Origin: Clostridiales bacterium
GTDB lineage: Bacteria; Bacillota; Clostridia; Oscillospirales; Acutalibacteraceae
Length of the DNA stretch: 64,000 nt
Reading direction: 5' to 3'
Assembly: GCA_012519975.1 (NCBI GenBank)
Contig: JAAYPE010000037.1
Location: 5,129 to 69,128 of the forward strand
In this document: one piece after another, positions 1-10,112 of the stretch
Layout of the letters: each line of letters opens with the position of its first letter
Numbering within the stretch: the stretch's first letter is position 1
Notes under the pieces: generated by a model
Databases searched by the model: none
Told to the model about the DNA's origin: nothing
The model's input: the letters and a program-made list of their open reading frames with translations, nothing else
Translations under genes and position numbers: made by a program

Positions 1-126
1 TGTAGCAGTTACCTTAGCCTCTGCCTCATCAGTAAAAAACTTTTCAATCTTGGATAGTTTAAGCTCTGCCCTTTCTTTAAAAGATTCGCGTGGTGTACAC
101 TTACGTCCTACGATTGTAATTTTCAT
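1..126 (-). CDS. hpf: ribosome hibernation promoting factor (HPF/RaiA family); only the N-terminal 42 codons are present, gene runs off the window start
   Basis: Truncated, so not in the ORF track. ATG at 126..124 follows an AGGGGG RBS. Translation MKITIVGRKCTPRESFKERAELKLSKIEKFFTDEAEAKVTAT matches the typical HPF N-terminus. Confidence 0.55.
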   Translation of the reverse strand, partial: MKITIVGRKCTPRESFKERAELKLSKIEKFFTDEAEAKVTAT

Positions 127-242
127 ATTCAGTCCCCCTAATATATAATAACCCCTTGTTTTTAGGGATAGTATATAAAATAACTTTATTTTACAATTTT
201 ATTATAGCACATCGTAATAAAAAAAGAAAGGTTAATAATATA

Positions 243-1085
243 TTAAAGTATAATTTCTGCGTGCCTTGTAACATGGCAACCAACATTAACAGCAACAGGC
301 AAGCCTGCAATATGTGTAGGTGCATATTCAATGTTTACAGCAAGAGCTGTAGTGTTGCCACCAAAACCTTGCGGACCTATATTTAACTCATTTATTCTAT
401 TTAATATTTCAAGCTCTAAGTCGCTATAAAAAGCTTTTTCATTCCTTTGTGATATTGGGCGACATAAGGCTTTTTTTGCAAGATATGCGCAGTGTTCAAA
501 ATCTCCACCAATTCCGACACCAAGAACAATTGGCGGGCAAGGGTTGCTCGCTGCATTCTCAACAGTTTGAGAAATAAAATCAATAATATCTTGCTTAGTA
601 GCTGAAGGGGTAAACATTTTAAGGGCGCTCATATTTTCACTACCAAACCCTTTTGGAGATACCATCAGCTTGATTTTATCACCCTCAACGATTTTTGTAT
701 GTATAACCGCAGGAGTGTTATCACCTGTATTTTCCCTATTAAGTGGGTCATCAACTATTGAGCAACGCAGTAGCCCCTCGGTATACCCTGCTCCAACACC
801 CTCATTAATAGCAGAAACAAAATCGCCACCAACTATGTGAACATCTTGACCAATCTGTGCAAAAACTACCGCCATTCCAGTATCTTGGCAAATCGGTATG
901 CTAAGCTCTTTGGCTACATCTATATTATTTGAAATATCTTGCATTATAGATTTTGGCAATTCTTCTATTTCGTTATGCACACAGTTTTTTATACAAGATT
1001 CTAAGTCATTTGGTAGAACTTTATTTGCACTTATGCATAGCTCTTTAACAGCGTTTTTAATTTCTTTTACATCTATTTCCCGCAT
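243..1085 (-). CDS. Fe-S hydro-lyase alpha subunit (class I fumarate hydratase / L(+)-tartrate dehydratase alpha)
   Basis: 280-aa ORF. The IPICQDTGMAVVF motif and the size are typical of two-subunit class I fumarase alpha chains. Confidence 0.8.
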   Translation of the reverse strand: MREIDVKEIKNAVKELCISANKVLPNDLESCIKNCVHNEIEELPKSIMQDISNNIDVAKELSIPICQDTGMAVVFAQIGQDVHIVGGDFVSAINEGVGAGYTEGLLRCSIVDDPLNRENTGDNTPAVIHTKIVEGDKIKLMVSPKGFGSENMSALKMFTPSATKQDIIDFISQTVENAASNPCPPIVLGVGIGGDFEHCAYLAKKALCRPISQRNEKAFYSDLELEILNRINELNIGPQGFGGNTTALAVNIEYAPTHIAGLPVAVNVGCHVTRHAEIIL

Positions 1086-1106
1086 TTAAATCTCCTTGAA
1101 TACAAA

Positions 1107-1139
1107 GTGCAGAGTAAAACCAATAAAGGTACTCTGCAC
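1107..1139 (-). terminator. 10-bp hairpin between yabR and the hydro-lyase gene (weak terminator or processing hairpin)
   Basis: GTGCAGAGTA (1107..1116) pairs with TACTCTGCAC (1130..1139). Only a short TTTGTA tail follows on the minus strand. Confidence 0.35.
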
Positions 1140-1144
1140 AAAAA

Positions 1145-1630
1145 TTATTTATGTCTATTGTTACCGCCTCTGCGCGAAAAACCACCGCCATGCTTCGACT
1201 CGTTAAAATGCTTTAAATCTGTCATTTTTTCGTCGCTGACTTGCTTAAACTTTTGCATCATATCTTCAAAAGACATATTCTTATTGTTTTGCGTTTTTTG
1301 TCCTTGCCAAACATTTGGATTTGAAGATTGCCTTCCTCTTCCCCCACCAGAATTGTGCGAGTAAGAGGATTTGCTACGCTGAGGTCTTTCTGTTGGCTCT
1401 TGTGCCTTTTTTATAGAAAGACTAATCTTGCCCTCTTCATTAACGCCAATTACCTTTACTTTTACAACTTGACCCTCTGAAAGAAAGTCAGTAATCTCCT
1501 TGACATATGTCGATGCCACCTCAGAGATATGTACCATTCCGGTACCTCCACCAGGTAATTCAACAAAGGCACCAAATTTTGTAAGTCCTGTAATTTTTCC
1601 CTCGACTATTACTCCAACCTCAACTTGCAT
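1145..1630 (-). CDS. yabR: S1 RNA-binding domain protein (YabR-like)
   Basis: N-terminal S1 fold (GKITGLTKFGAFVELPGG..GMVHISEV) with a Gly/Arg-rich tail. It sits next to divIC, as in Bacillus. Confidence 0.8.
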   Translation of the reverse strand: MQVEVGVIVEGKITGLTKFGAFVELPGGGTGMVHISEVASTYVKEITDFLSEGQVVKVKVIGVNEEGKISLSIKKAQEPTERPQRSKSSYSHNSGGGRGRQSSNPNVWQGQKTQNNKNMSFEDMMQKFKQVSDEKMTDLKHFNESKHGGGFSRRGGNNRHK

Positions 1631-1678
1631 ATAAAAGCACAGTCCTCCTTAAAGCTACCATAAACATTTGATATTTAA

Positions 1679-1963
1679 CTAATTTGATGTATCGTAATAA
1701 ACACGCTCACCCGGAAGTACATAACCGAGTACATCGCGTGCAATACGCTCAATATATTTTGATTGATCATCATCATTCAAAATATGTTCAAGCTCCTCTT
1801 TTCTTAACTCTTGTGTTGCATACTGTTGGTTAAGTTGATTTGCCACTTCTTTTTTATCCTTAATTTCGATTTGAAGATGAATGAGTGTAATAATAAAATA
1901 CCCCATAATAGCTATAAGGGATAAGGTAAGAATAAAGCTACGACTGCGTTTTTTTTTACTCAC
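1679..1963 (-). CDS. divIC: septum formation initiator (DivIC/FtsB family)
   Basis: 94 aa with an N-terminal TM helix, a coiled coil and the C-terminal ARDVLGYVLPGE motif. GTG start. Confidence 0.8.
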   Translation of the reverse strand: MSKKKRSRSFILTLSLIAIMGYFIITLIHLQIEIKDKKEVANQLNQQYATQELRKEELEHILNDDDQSKYIERIARDVLGYVLPGERVYYDTSN

Positions 1964-2502
1964 TTATTATCATTCCCCTCATGAGTTACAACATTTTCAC
2001 CTACTATATCCATTTTATTATACACTAACTTGCTATTGGATTTCAAGCTAATTTTGAATTTTCTATTAATTTTTCTAATTTTTTTATAAAAATACAGGTA
2101 AATTCTTAAAATTTGTTTATAAATCTTTGTTAAAATCAGCTTAAATGGTTTTATTATAAGTAAAAATAAATTTTTGATTGTCTTTTTAAATTTATAAATT
2201 GCCTTTGTAGCATAATTTATAACAAAAAAACCTGATGATAAATAGTATATTGCCCACCCGAAAAGCTCACCTAAAAGAACATACCCGCGAACTACACCAT
2301 AATTCAATGCGAGAATATAAAGAAAAGTTATAAAGGAGCAAACTAATAAGTATAAAATATCTTGTATGTAAATTGCGTATTTATTTTTTGTTATCATCAG
2401 CCTTACGATGTAAAAAACATCATAAAGTATTCCGAGTAAAAAACCAAGCCCAATTGATAAAAGAAAAATTCTTGTTTGTAGAGCCATTGTTGGTATATAC
2501 AT
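1960..2502 (-). CDS. yabQ: spore cortex biosynthesis protein YabQ
   Basis: Polytopic small membrane protein directly downstream of yabP, overlapping divIC by 4 nt. Confidence 0.7.
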   Translation of the reverse strand: MYIPTMALQTRIFLLSIGLGFLLGILYDVFYIVRLMITKNKYAIYIQDILYLLVCSFITFLYILALNYGVVRGYVLLGELFGWAIYYLSSGFFVINYATKAIYKFKKTIKNLFLLIIKPFKLILTKIYKQILRIYLYFYKKIRKINRKFKISLKSNSKLVYNKMDIVGENVVTHEGNDNK

Positions 2503-2504
2503 AT

Positions 2505-2795
2505 TTATCTAAACACCTTATTAAAAAAACCTACATTTCTAGGTTGCTGGTCAGAATAAGATAGGGATGAAATGTTTCCCTCCATCATAAGCTCACCTAC
2601 CTCTAAGCTTAGTTTACTAATATGCAACTGCGTCCCTTGTACTGTAAGCTCTCCTAAATCCGTAAAAACCACGACTGTCTGGTCATCAAAGCTGTCAACA
2701 TCCGAAACGCCCGAAATGCTCAAAGACCGCCTATCCTCCATTATAAGATTATGTGGCATAGAAATTATATTTCTATCATCCGTCATAAAAAACAA
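2505..2795 (-). CDS. yabP: sporulation protein YabP
   Basis: 96 aa. The motif SISGVSDVDSFDDQTVVVFTDLGELTVQG..LHISKL is characteristic of YabP. Confidence 0.85.
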   Translation of the reverse strand: MFFMTDDRNIISMPHNLIMEDRRSLSISGVSDVDSFDDQTVVVFTDLGELTVQGTQLHISKLSLEVGELMMEGNISSLSYSDQQPRNVGFFNKVFR

Positions 2796-2901
2796 CCTCC
2801 TTTATTTTATACTCATAAATATGAATAAAATACAGAGGTTATAACTAATATTAAATTAAGTTTAGTAAGAAGCTTGCAGTATAACTACTTTTGCGCATAC
2901 A

Positions 2902-3141
2902 TTAGATAATTTTATACATAAGTGTTGCGTCTTCTTTTGTTGCGTGCTCTTTAACGATCAAAACCTGCGCTTTGATTTTATTTTCTCCCATAGAAATTTC
3001 AATAACATCGTCCTCTTTAATATCATACGATGCCCTTGCAACTTTTCCATTTACACTCACATGTTTTGCATCACAAAGCTCATTTGCTATTGTTCTACGC
3101 TTTACAAGCCTTGAAACTTTAAGGTATTTATCGAGCCTCAT
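2902..3141 (-). CDS. yabO: S4-domain RNA-binding protein (YabO/Hsp15-like)
   Basis: 79 aa. MRLDKYLKVSRLVKRR is an S4 motif. Conserved position upstream of yabP. Confidence 0.8.
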   Translation of the reverse strand: MRLDKYLKVSRLVKRRTIANELCDAKHVSVNGKVARASYDIKEDDVIEISMGENKIKAQVLIVKEHATKEDATLMYKII

Positions 3142-3205
3142 TTTTTACCTCCTAAAAAAATAAGGGGAGAAGTCAAAAAAGCTTCTCCCAAATGCTTATC
3201 TAAAA

Positions 3206-3484
3206 CTATTTGTTTGCAACTGCATCTTTAAGGGCTTTACCTGCCTTAAATGCTGGAAGCTTTGATGCAGGAATTGTCATTGGTTCACCTGTTTTTGGAT
3301 TATGTCCTTGCTTTTCTGCACGGTCACGAACTTCAAATGTACCAAAGCCAACAAGTTGAACTTTATCGCCTTCGATAAGAGCATCAGTAATACTTTCGAT
3401 AACAGCGGCTACAGCCTTATCTGCATCTTTTTTAGAAAATTCTGCTTTTTCTGCTACTGCATTTACAAGATCTGTCTTATTCAT
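3206..3484 (-). CDS. hup: DNA-binding protein HU
   Basis: [53 protein letters not shown] start at the second ATG (3484) because the first ATG lies inside the GGAGG RBS. Confidence 0.95.
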   Translation of the reverse strand: MNKTDLVNAVAEKAEFSKKDADKAVAAVIESITDALIEGDKVQLVGFGTFEVRDRAEKQGHNPKTGEPMTIPASKLPAFKAGKALKDAVANK

Positions 3485-3567
3485 TTTTGTTTCCTCCATC
3501 TAAAAAAACAATATATTTTCCATGAAACGCCCCTTAGTTTTATTATTCAAGGTATTTCATTTGGATG

Positions 3568-4365
3568 CTAAATTAGTTTTGCTTCATCCCATAGCTTGTC
3601 CAAAATGTCTATGGAAGATTTTTCAATATCAATGTTTCTTTTTTTTGCTAATTTTTCTACATTTGTAAAACGCTCAATAAATTTGTTGCACGAAGCGCTT
3701 AAAGCTTCCTCGGCATCGCAATCTAAAAATCTCGATACATTAACAGCTGAAAACAAAACATCTCCAAGTTCTTCAAAGCAATTATCTTCATCTTTTTTGT
3801 TGATTGCCGATTTTAGCTCATTTATCTCTTCAATAAGTTTATCAAAAGCTCCATCTACGCTATCCCAATCAAATCCTGCCTTTGATGCTTTTTGTTGTAC
3901 TTTTGTGCTACGCATTAATGCCGGTAATTCTTTTGGTACAGAAATCATACTTTCTGAAGAATTTTTTTGCCCCTTTGATATGCGTTTAATTTCATCCCAA
4001 TTTTTTAGAACTGTATGCGTATCGCTTGCTTTTTCATTTCCGAAAATATGTGGATGCCTTTGTATTAATTTTTTGCAAATACCATCGCAAACATCATTAA
4101 CATTAAAATTGCCCTGTTCATACTCAATTTGCGAGTGGAATACGACTTGTAAAAGGACATCACCTAATTCTTCTTTCAACAAATCAATATCGTTTTTATT
4201 AATTGCTTCAATCACTTCATAAGTTTCTTCAATAAAATTTTTCTTTATGCTTTGATGAGTTTGCTCTTTATCCCAAGGACATCCATCCTTTGACCTCAAC
4301 AACTGCATAATATTTATTAAATCATTAAAACCGTATGATTGCTTAAAAGAAAAATCTTTAATCAC
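3568..4365 (-). CDS. mazG: nucleoside triphosphate pyrophosphohydrolase MazG
   Basis: 265 aa. Tandem MazG domains with EExxEVxE and EELGDVLL / EELGDVLF motifs. Confidence 0.9.
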   Translation of the reverse strand: MIKDFSFKQSYGFNDLINIMQLLRSKDGCPWDKEQTHQSIKKNFIEETYEVIEAINKNDIDLLKEELGDVLLQVVFHSQIEYEQGNFNVNDVCDGICKKLIQRHPHIFGNEKASDTHTVLKNWDEIKRISKGQKNSSESMISVPKELPALMRSTKVQQKASKAGFDWDSVDGAFDKLIEEINELKSAINKKDEDNCFEELGDVLFSAVNVSRFLDCDAEEALSASCNKFIERFTNVEKLAKKRNIDIEKSSIDILDKLWDEAKLI

Positions 4366-4414
4366 TTTTTTAAGACCTCAAATCAAGTGTTATCTTGAAT
4401 ATAACATTGTTATA

Positions 4415-6208
4415 TTAACCTATTAATCCATATTTTTCAAGTGTTTTAGCAATTTTTTCACCTTTTGGTAACATTAAAACATCATTTTTCGATATTGCAC
4501 TGACTAAAAACAGGGAAACAAAGTAGATAAACACTGCAATTATCGACGCTAAAACTAATGCCAGAGTTGACCCATTGAGCCTTGTTGCATAATCGCCAAA
4601 ATTAAAAGCCCTATCAAGCAAACCGTATGATGACCAAGCTGAAAGCCCTGACAAAACAGAGCAAAATAGCGGTTTTAGAAGAATCGCTCTAATATGAAGG
4701 CGAATTTTTGCCTCCCTGACTAAGAAAAAAAGATTGCTTGAAACGATAATAACATAACACAAAACAGTGCCAATTGTAGCACCATAAATGTTGTATTTAG
4801 GATTTCCGACAAAAATATAGTTTGAAATTATCTTTACAGTCGCACCAACCATCAGAGATTTTAAGGGAATATCTGCTCTGCCTATAGCTTGCAGCATATT
4901 TGTTATTGGTGTTGATAATGCAAAAACACACGATGCCAAACCATAAATTATAACTACATTTGAAGTTATTTCTATTGCACTTTCGGCTCTAGTTCCGATA
5001 TACATAAAGGTGAGCATAGGTTTTGCAAGTGCCGCCATACAAAAACCTGTTGGCAAGGCAAGTAGAAGTGACGCTCTTAAAACAGAGTCAACTGTACGGT
5101 AAATCTTTCTTTTATCTTTAACAGCCCAAGCAGACGACAACGCAGGTATTGAGCTAACCCCAAGCGTCATTGTTATAGTTGGTAGCAGATTTTTAAAATC
5201 TAGTGCTGTTGTATAAGCACCATATAAATAGCCTTTAATATCTTCATCAATTGTATGCGAACTAGCAAGTGGGTTTGCATACATATGCTTAATAAAATCG
5301 AGGTTATTTGCTACAGTAAAATCAAGTCTTTTTTGTATTGTAGACACATCTATTAAATTTGTTATGTTAAGAACTAGTGAGCTTGCAACAACCGGGATTG
5401 CAAGACTTATAAGCATTTTTGCTAAATCGTTGCTTGGAATAGGTCTTGGAGAATTAATTAATTGTTCTCTTGTAATTCCATCACCCAGAACCCTGTGCCT
5501 AATTGCAACATATAAAAATGCAAGTATTGTACCTACTGTAACGCCACCGATTGCTGCTGCTGCAGTGTAAGGATAAATTGCACTTAGTGCCTCATCGTGA
5601 TTTGTTACTACAACACCAAAAACAGGGCCACCAGCAAGATATTGTTTCTCCCCATAGCCCATTGCCATTCTAGCAAATATAAGACCAAAAATCAGCTTGC
5701 CTACGGTTTCAATAACTTGCGAAATCGCAGTAGGCATCATATTTCTCATACCCTCATAATATCCCCTGTAAGTTGACATTAAACAGCAAAAGAAAACAGA
5801 AGGAGCAAGTGCTAAAATACTTGGTATCGCATTTGGGTTATTTATATATTTCGTGTACGGAGTAACTAAGATAAAAAGAACTATTGTGCCTAATGTTCCA
5901 GTAATGAGAAATATTTTTTTTACAACTTTAAAGATAACACGAACTTCCCTATATCTACCTGTTGCCATTCTCTCAGACACCATTCTAGACACAGCAACGG
6001 GAAGCCCCGCCATAGAGATTGCATATATAGGTGTGTATAATTCATACGCAGTGTTAAAGTATCCCCTGCCGACAGTCCCAAAATAGGCTGTCAGCGGGAT
6101 TTTATAAAATATTCCAACTATATGAACAATAATCGTAGCAACTAAAAGCACCATTGCCCCACCGAACAACGATTGCCCTTTATTGCGGGGTTTTACCAAT
6201 ATTAACAC
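4415..6208 (-). CDS. MOP-superfamily flippase (SpoVB/YabM/MurJ-like polysaccharide biosynthesis protein)
   Basis: 597 aa, roughly 14 TM helices, in the position of yabM/spoVB next to mazG. GTG start is uncertain. Confidence 0.75.
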   Translation of the reverse strand: MLILVKPRNKGQSLFGGAMVLLVATIIVHIVGIFYKIPLTAYFGTVGRGYFNTAYELYTPIYAISMAGLPVAVSRMVSERMATGRYREVRVIFKVVKKIFLITGTLGTIVLFILVTPYTKYINNPNAIPSILALAPSVFFCCLMSTYRGYYEGMRNMMPTAISQVIETVGKLIFGLIFARMAMGYGEKQYLAGGPVFGVVVTNHDEALSAIYPYTAAAAIGGVTVGTILAFLYVAIRHRVLGDGITREQLINSPRPIPSNDLAKMLISLAIPVVASSLVLNITNLIDVSTIQKRLDFTVANNLDFIKHMYANPLASSHTIDEDIKGYLYGAYTTALDFKNLLPTITMTLGVSSIPALSSAWAVKDKRKIYRTVDSVLRASLLLALPTGFCMAALAKPMLTFMYIGTRAESAIEITSNVVIIYGLASCVFALSTPITNMLQAIGRADIPLKSLMVGATVKIISNYIFVGNPKYNIYGATIGTVLCYVIIVSSNLFFLVREAKIRLHIRAILLKPLFCSVLSGLSAWSSYGLLDRAFNFGDYATRLNGSTLALVLASIIAVFIYFVSLFLVSAISKNDVLMLPKGEKIAKTLEKYGLIG

Positions 6209-6268
6209 GCCCTAAAATTAAAAATAAATACTAATATTTTATTAATATTATACTATTAATGAATTTAG

Positions 6269-6577
6269 TTAAAATTCATTTTCCTCGGAGTTGGGATTAC
6301 TTATTTTATTTTTAATAATCTCAGATAATTCGCTAATTCTCGCATCTATTGTTTCGATTTTATAAATAATGCTTTTACATTTTTCGGTATTGTCAGTGCC
6401 ATTTTTTAAAAAATCCGCATATAATTTTCCAATGCTTTCATAACTGCTTACACGCTCTTTTTCTAAATCTCTTATTTCAAAACGCAATTTTGAAATGTCA
6501 ACAACTTCTTCTGCACGCCTGCCAAAATTCATTGCAACATCCCGTGCCGAAACTAAAAAATCATCAAATGTGCCCAT
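6269..6577 (-). CDS. hypothetical coiled-coil protein
   Basis: 102-aa ORF with coding-like composition. No motif recognised. Confidence 0.5.
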   Translation of the reverse strand: MGTFDDFLVSARDVAMNFGRRAEEVVDISKLRFEIRDLEKERVSSYESIGKLYADFLKNGTDNTEKCKSIIYKIETIDARISELSEIIKNKISNPNSEENEF

Positions 6578-6614
6578 AAATATCCTCCTTAAAAATTAAC
6601 TGAATTATATAAAA

Positions 6615-7538
6615 TCAACCAATAAACTCCCTTAAAAGCGAATCCCTTGGTACTGTATCGATTGGAATTGCCTTGAATTTATCAAGGGTTAAAAGTATTT
6701 TTTCGCAATCTGAATAATACTCGCTTTCTGGATGCAACTCCTGAAATAATTCGGCTGCTATTGTTTTAAAAATACACGGCTCATAAGAGTGAAAAGAGTC
6801 AACTGTAATATCTGCTAATGGTTTGAATGGAAAAAGATATTCATTCTCTCCAAACTGGACACTTTCCCATAATTTATATGTATTTTCAATTGAGCTATTT
6901 CTAAACTGGTGGTCACGCACCGCTCTGCGTAAAAATCGCATATTCCTCTTTGTTAAAAAAACATTGTCATTGTCATCAAATATTCTTGATGCAATGCTTA
7001 TATAAACCTTTAAAAGGTTTTCGTGTGGCAAACAATCAGTAATTACAGGATTTAGTGCGTGCAAACCCTCAACGATAACTATATCATCTTTTTCGAGTCT
7101 TATTATATTTGTCTCTTTTGACCTGCAACCATTATGAAAGTCAAAAACAGGTAGCTCGCTCTCTTTTTCTTTTATAAGTTGATTGAGATTTTTTGATAAA
7201 AGCGGCAAATCTAGAGCATAGACCGTTTCAAAATTAGGTTTACCATTCGGAAATTTTGGAACTTCATTTCTATCCATATAAAAATCGTCAAGTGATATAG
7301 TGTATGCATTTACACCCCTGTTATATATCAATTTTGCAAGTTTTGTAGCACTTGTGGTTTTTCCAGAGGCACTAGGACCTGCAACCATAACTATTTTATT
7401 TTCGTGATTTTCGATTATTTTTTCCGTCAAATCAGAAAGAGTTTTTGTATATAAATCCTCTGATGTTCTTACAAAAGACTCATAGTCATTTGATGCGGCT
7501 TTATTTATTGAAGAAAGTGTATACTTCGTATTTATCAT
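6615..7538 (-). CDS. uridine kinase family nucleoside kinase
   Basis: P-loop GPSASGKTT, followed by the VIVEGLHALNP segment typical of Udk/PRK-family kinases. Confidence 0.7.
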   Translation of the reverse strand: MINTKYTLSSINKAASNDYESFVRTSEDLYTKTLSDLTEKIIENHENKIVMVAGPSASGKTTSATKLAKLIYNRGVNAYTISLDDFYMDRNEVPKFPNGKPNFETVYALDLPLLSKNLNQLIKEKESELPVFDFHNGCRSKETNIIRLEKDDIVIVEGLHALNPVITDCLPHENLLKVYISIASRIFDDNDNVFLTKRNMRFLRRAVRDHQFRNSSIENTYKLWESVQFGENEYLFPFKPLADITVDSFHSYEPCIFKTIAAELFQELHPESEYYSDCEKILLTLDKFKAIPIDTVPRDSLLREFIG

Positions 7539-7539
7539 A

Positions 7540-9024
7540 TTACCCTCCTATTTTATACAATTCGTAAAAGTTATATATTTTATTTTTTCTATCAATTATA
7601 GTTTCAAATTGATTTATATATTCATACGGATACTTATAATTAAATATACGCTCAATATAATTTCCGTGGGGTTCTTTTAACTTTGTTACAGCACCAGCAC
7701 CAACGGCTAAAACAGTGTGACATTCTTCCATCATAAAAATGTTGTAGTACCCCTCAAACCCCTCTTTACACCAACCGACATTTTCAAGATTACCCAGTGA
7801 CTTGCTTTGTCTGTACATATAGTATGGTGTATATTTGTTTTTTGACAGCATTTCTTCTGCAAGCTCTACCATTTCGCAGGTGATTTCACTCTGTTTTGTT
7901 GCAAACTCATCAACAGCGATTTTTGATGATTTTTTTATTGCAAGAGTGTGAACCGTAATACTGCTTGGAGAAAGCTCTAAAAGCGTTTCTAAGGTGTTTT
8001 TAAAGCTTTGAATGTCATCTTTTGGAAGTCCTGCAATTATATCCATATTTATGTCATTAAAATCAAGACTTTTTGCCAAATGATATGCAAAGATTGTTTG
8101 GTCCGCCAAATGATTTCTGCCAATTTCTTTTAGCACATCATCATTAAAGCTTTGCGGGTTAATACTAATTCTACTCACGGGAAATTGTTTTATTGCTTGC
8201 AACTTTTCTTCATCTATTGTATCAGGTCTGCCTGCTTCAAATGTGAACTCTTTTAAACTTTTTATATTAAAATTGTCACAAATTTCTTTTAATATTCTTT
8301 TAATTTGATTTTCATCTAATATTGATGGAGTCCCTCCGCCAATATAAATTGTTTCAAGATTTAATCCAATTTCATTTGCGATTTTTGCCGTCAGTTTTAT
8401 TTCATCGCATAGCAAATCAAGATATTGTGGCAAAAGTTTTTTTGCAGAACTAGAATTAATCGAGTGTGAAACAAAAGAACAATAACTACATCTAGTTGGA
8501 CAAAATGGTATAGAAACATAAAGGCTAAAGGAATTTGGATTTGATTTTTCTATTATTACTTGCTCTTTTTTTGCCACTTGCAATGCAAGGTTTGTTTTTT
8601 GTGGGTTTACAAGTAAAGAATTCTCAAAATACTCTTTTGCATTTTCTTCACCCATAGTTGATACAAGCTTTGTCATAAGCTTAGAGGGCCTAACCCCAGT
8701 TAGTACACCCCATTTTGGTGTGTACTTTGTAAAGCTTGATAAAAGCTCAAACAGCAAAACTGCCATTTTAAGTTCAATATCAATATTATCTTGATTTTTT
8801 GAAACTGTATAATTCAGTTTATTGGATATTTCACCATTAAAAATACCCACGGATATTTTTAGACAATCTTTATCAACTTCGCACATTTTTGTTTTTATTA
8901 TAATTTCATTTTCTGTATTTTCCAAGTCTTCATAAATCACTTTAATGTTTTCACCCGGAAAAAATATTCGGCACAGATTTTCCATTTCATAATGAAATTT
9001 ATGACCGACAACGACTAAAACCAT
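7540..9024 (-). CDS. hemZ: radical SAM protein, HemZ/HemN-like oxygen-independent coproporphyrinogen dehydrogenase family
   Basis: 494 aa. CPTRCSYCSF is the CxxxCxxC radical SAM cluster. GGGTPS motif present. Confidence 0.7.
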   Translation of the reverse strand: MVLVVVGHKFHYEMENLCRIFFPGENIKVIYEDLENTENEIIIKTKMCEVDKDCLKISVGIFNGEISNKLNYTVSKNQDNIDIELKMAVLLFELLSSFTKYTPKWGVLTGVRPSKLMTKLVSTMGEENAKEYFENSLLVNPQKTNLALQVAKKEQVIIEKSNPNSFSLYVSIPFCPTRCSYCSFVSHSINSSSAKKLLPQYLDLLCDEIKLTAKIANEIGLNLETIYIGGGTPSILDENQIKRILKEICDNFNIKSLKEFTFEAGRPDTIDEEKLQAIKQFPVSRISINPQSFNDDVLKEIGRNHLADQTIFAYHLAKSLDFNDINMDIIAGLPKDDIQSFKNTLETLLELSPSSITVHTLAIKKSSKIAVDEFATKQSEITCEMVELAEEMLSKNKYTPYYMYRQSKSLGNLENVGWCKEGFEGYYNIFMMEECHTVLAVGAGAVTKLKEPHGNYIERIFNYKYPYEYINQFETIIDRKNKIYNFYELYKIGG

Positions 9025-9665
9025 TCATTTTTCCTCATATATCTATTATGTTTACGCTCTTCATCCAGTGTTGTTTTTTCGCTATGACCAGGAAAAACAT
9101 TGTAATCCCCTTTTAAGTTCCCTAGTCTATTAACTGATTTTAGCATATCATCCATACTTCCGCCCTCAAAATCAGTGCGCCCAACCGTTTTGCAAAAAAG
9201 TGTATCCCCAGAGAACATTGTATCCCCACAAAGAAAACAAACGCTACCCGGAGTATGACCTGGGGTATGCAAAACCTCAATACTCAAATCGCCTAAATTT
9301 ATTTTATCATTATCATTTAAAATTATGTCTGCATTTACTGGCTTTTGCAAATCTCCAACAATTGATTTTGCTAAGCTTTTTTTAGAGTTACTCAAGCTAT
9401 CAGCGTCCAAAGAATGAATTGCAACTTTGGCGTTTTTGTAAATTCCTTTAAGGTCTGCAACACCTAATATATGGTCAAAGTGACCGTGAGTTAATAATAT
9501 ATATTCTATTTCGGAGATATCGCTAGATTTGATATGATTTAATAACTCTTGGCTACAAATTGCAGGGTCAATTATTGCAGCTTTTTTTGTATTGTCATCA
9601 ATCAAAATATAACAATTTGTTGAAAAAGGTTCTAACTCTATTTTTGTAATTTTCATTTTTCCCAT
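9015..9665 (-). CDS. MBL-fold metallo-hydrolase (glyoxalase II-like)
   Basis: LTHGHFDH metal-binding motif and HTPGHTPGS. Confidence 0.85.
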   Translation of the reverse strand: MGKMKITKIELEPFSTNCYILIDDNTKKAAIIDPAICSQELLNHIKSSDISEIEYILLTHGHFDHILGVADLKGIYKNAKVAIHSLDADSLSNSKKSLAKSIVGDLQKPVNADIILNDNDKINLGDLSIEVLHTPGHTPGSVCFLCGDTMFSGDTLFCKTVGRTDFEGGSMDDMLKSVNRLGNLKGDYNVFPGHSEKTTLDEERKHNRYMRKNEWF

Positions 9666-10108
9666 TCCTTTGTATCATAAATAATCGTTACTGGACCATC
9701 ATTCACAAGTGATATTTTCATATCTGCACCAAAAACACCTTTTTTGACATCAGCAACGCCACATTTTATAAGCTCGTTTATAAAAAACTCATATAGCTCG
9801 TTGGCGATTTTTGGCTGTGCAGCAGAAGAAAACGATGGTCTGTTTCCTTTTTTGCAATCTGCACACAAGGTAAATTGTGACACAACTAGAGCCTCATACC
9901 CTGTATCAATAAGAGATAAATTCATTTTGTCATTTTCATCTGAAAACACTCTAAGCTTTGCAACCTTTGAGGCTAAAACCTGTGCTGAACTTTCTGTGTC
10001 ATTATGCTCTACACCCAATAGAATTAAAAAACCATTTTCTATTTTACTAACAGTATTGTTTTCTACTTCTACGCTTGCATTTAAAACTCTTTGTATAACA
10101 GCTTTCAT
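9653..10108 (-). CDS. dtd: D-aminoacyl-tRNA deacylase
   Basis: MKAVIQRV start, SQFTL and NDGPVT motifs, 151 aa, immediately downstream of relA. Confidence 0.95.
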   Translation of the reverse strand: MKAVIQRVLNASVEVENNTVSKIENGFLILLGVEHNDTESSAQVLASKVAKLRVFSDENDKMNLSLIDTGYEALVVSQFTLCADCKKGNRPSFSSAAQPKIANELYEFFINELIKCGVADVKKGVFGADMKISLVNDGPVTIIYDTKEWEK

Positions 10109-10112
10109 AAAC

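Noticed and set aside
3596-4222. 208-aa plus-strand ORF antisense to mazG
   Set aside because: It lies entirely inside a well-supported gene on the other strand. The product is Ser/Phe/Leu-rich and low in complexity, as expected for the antisense frame of an AT-rich gene. There is no RBS.
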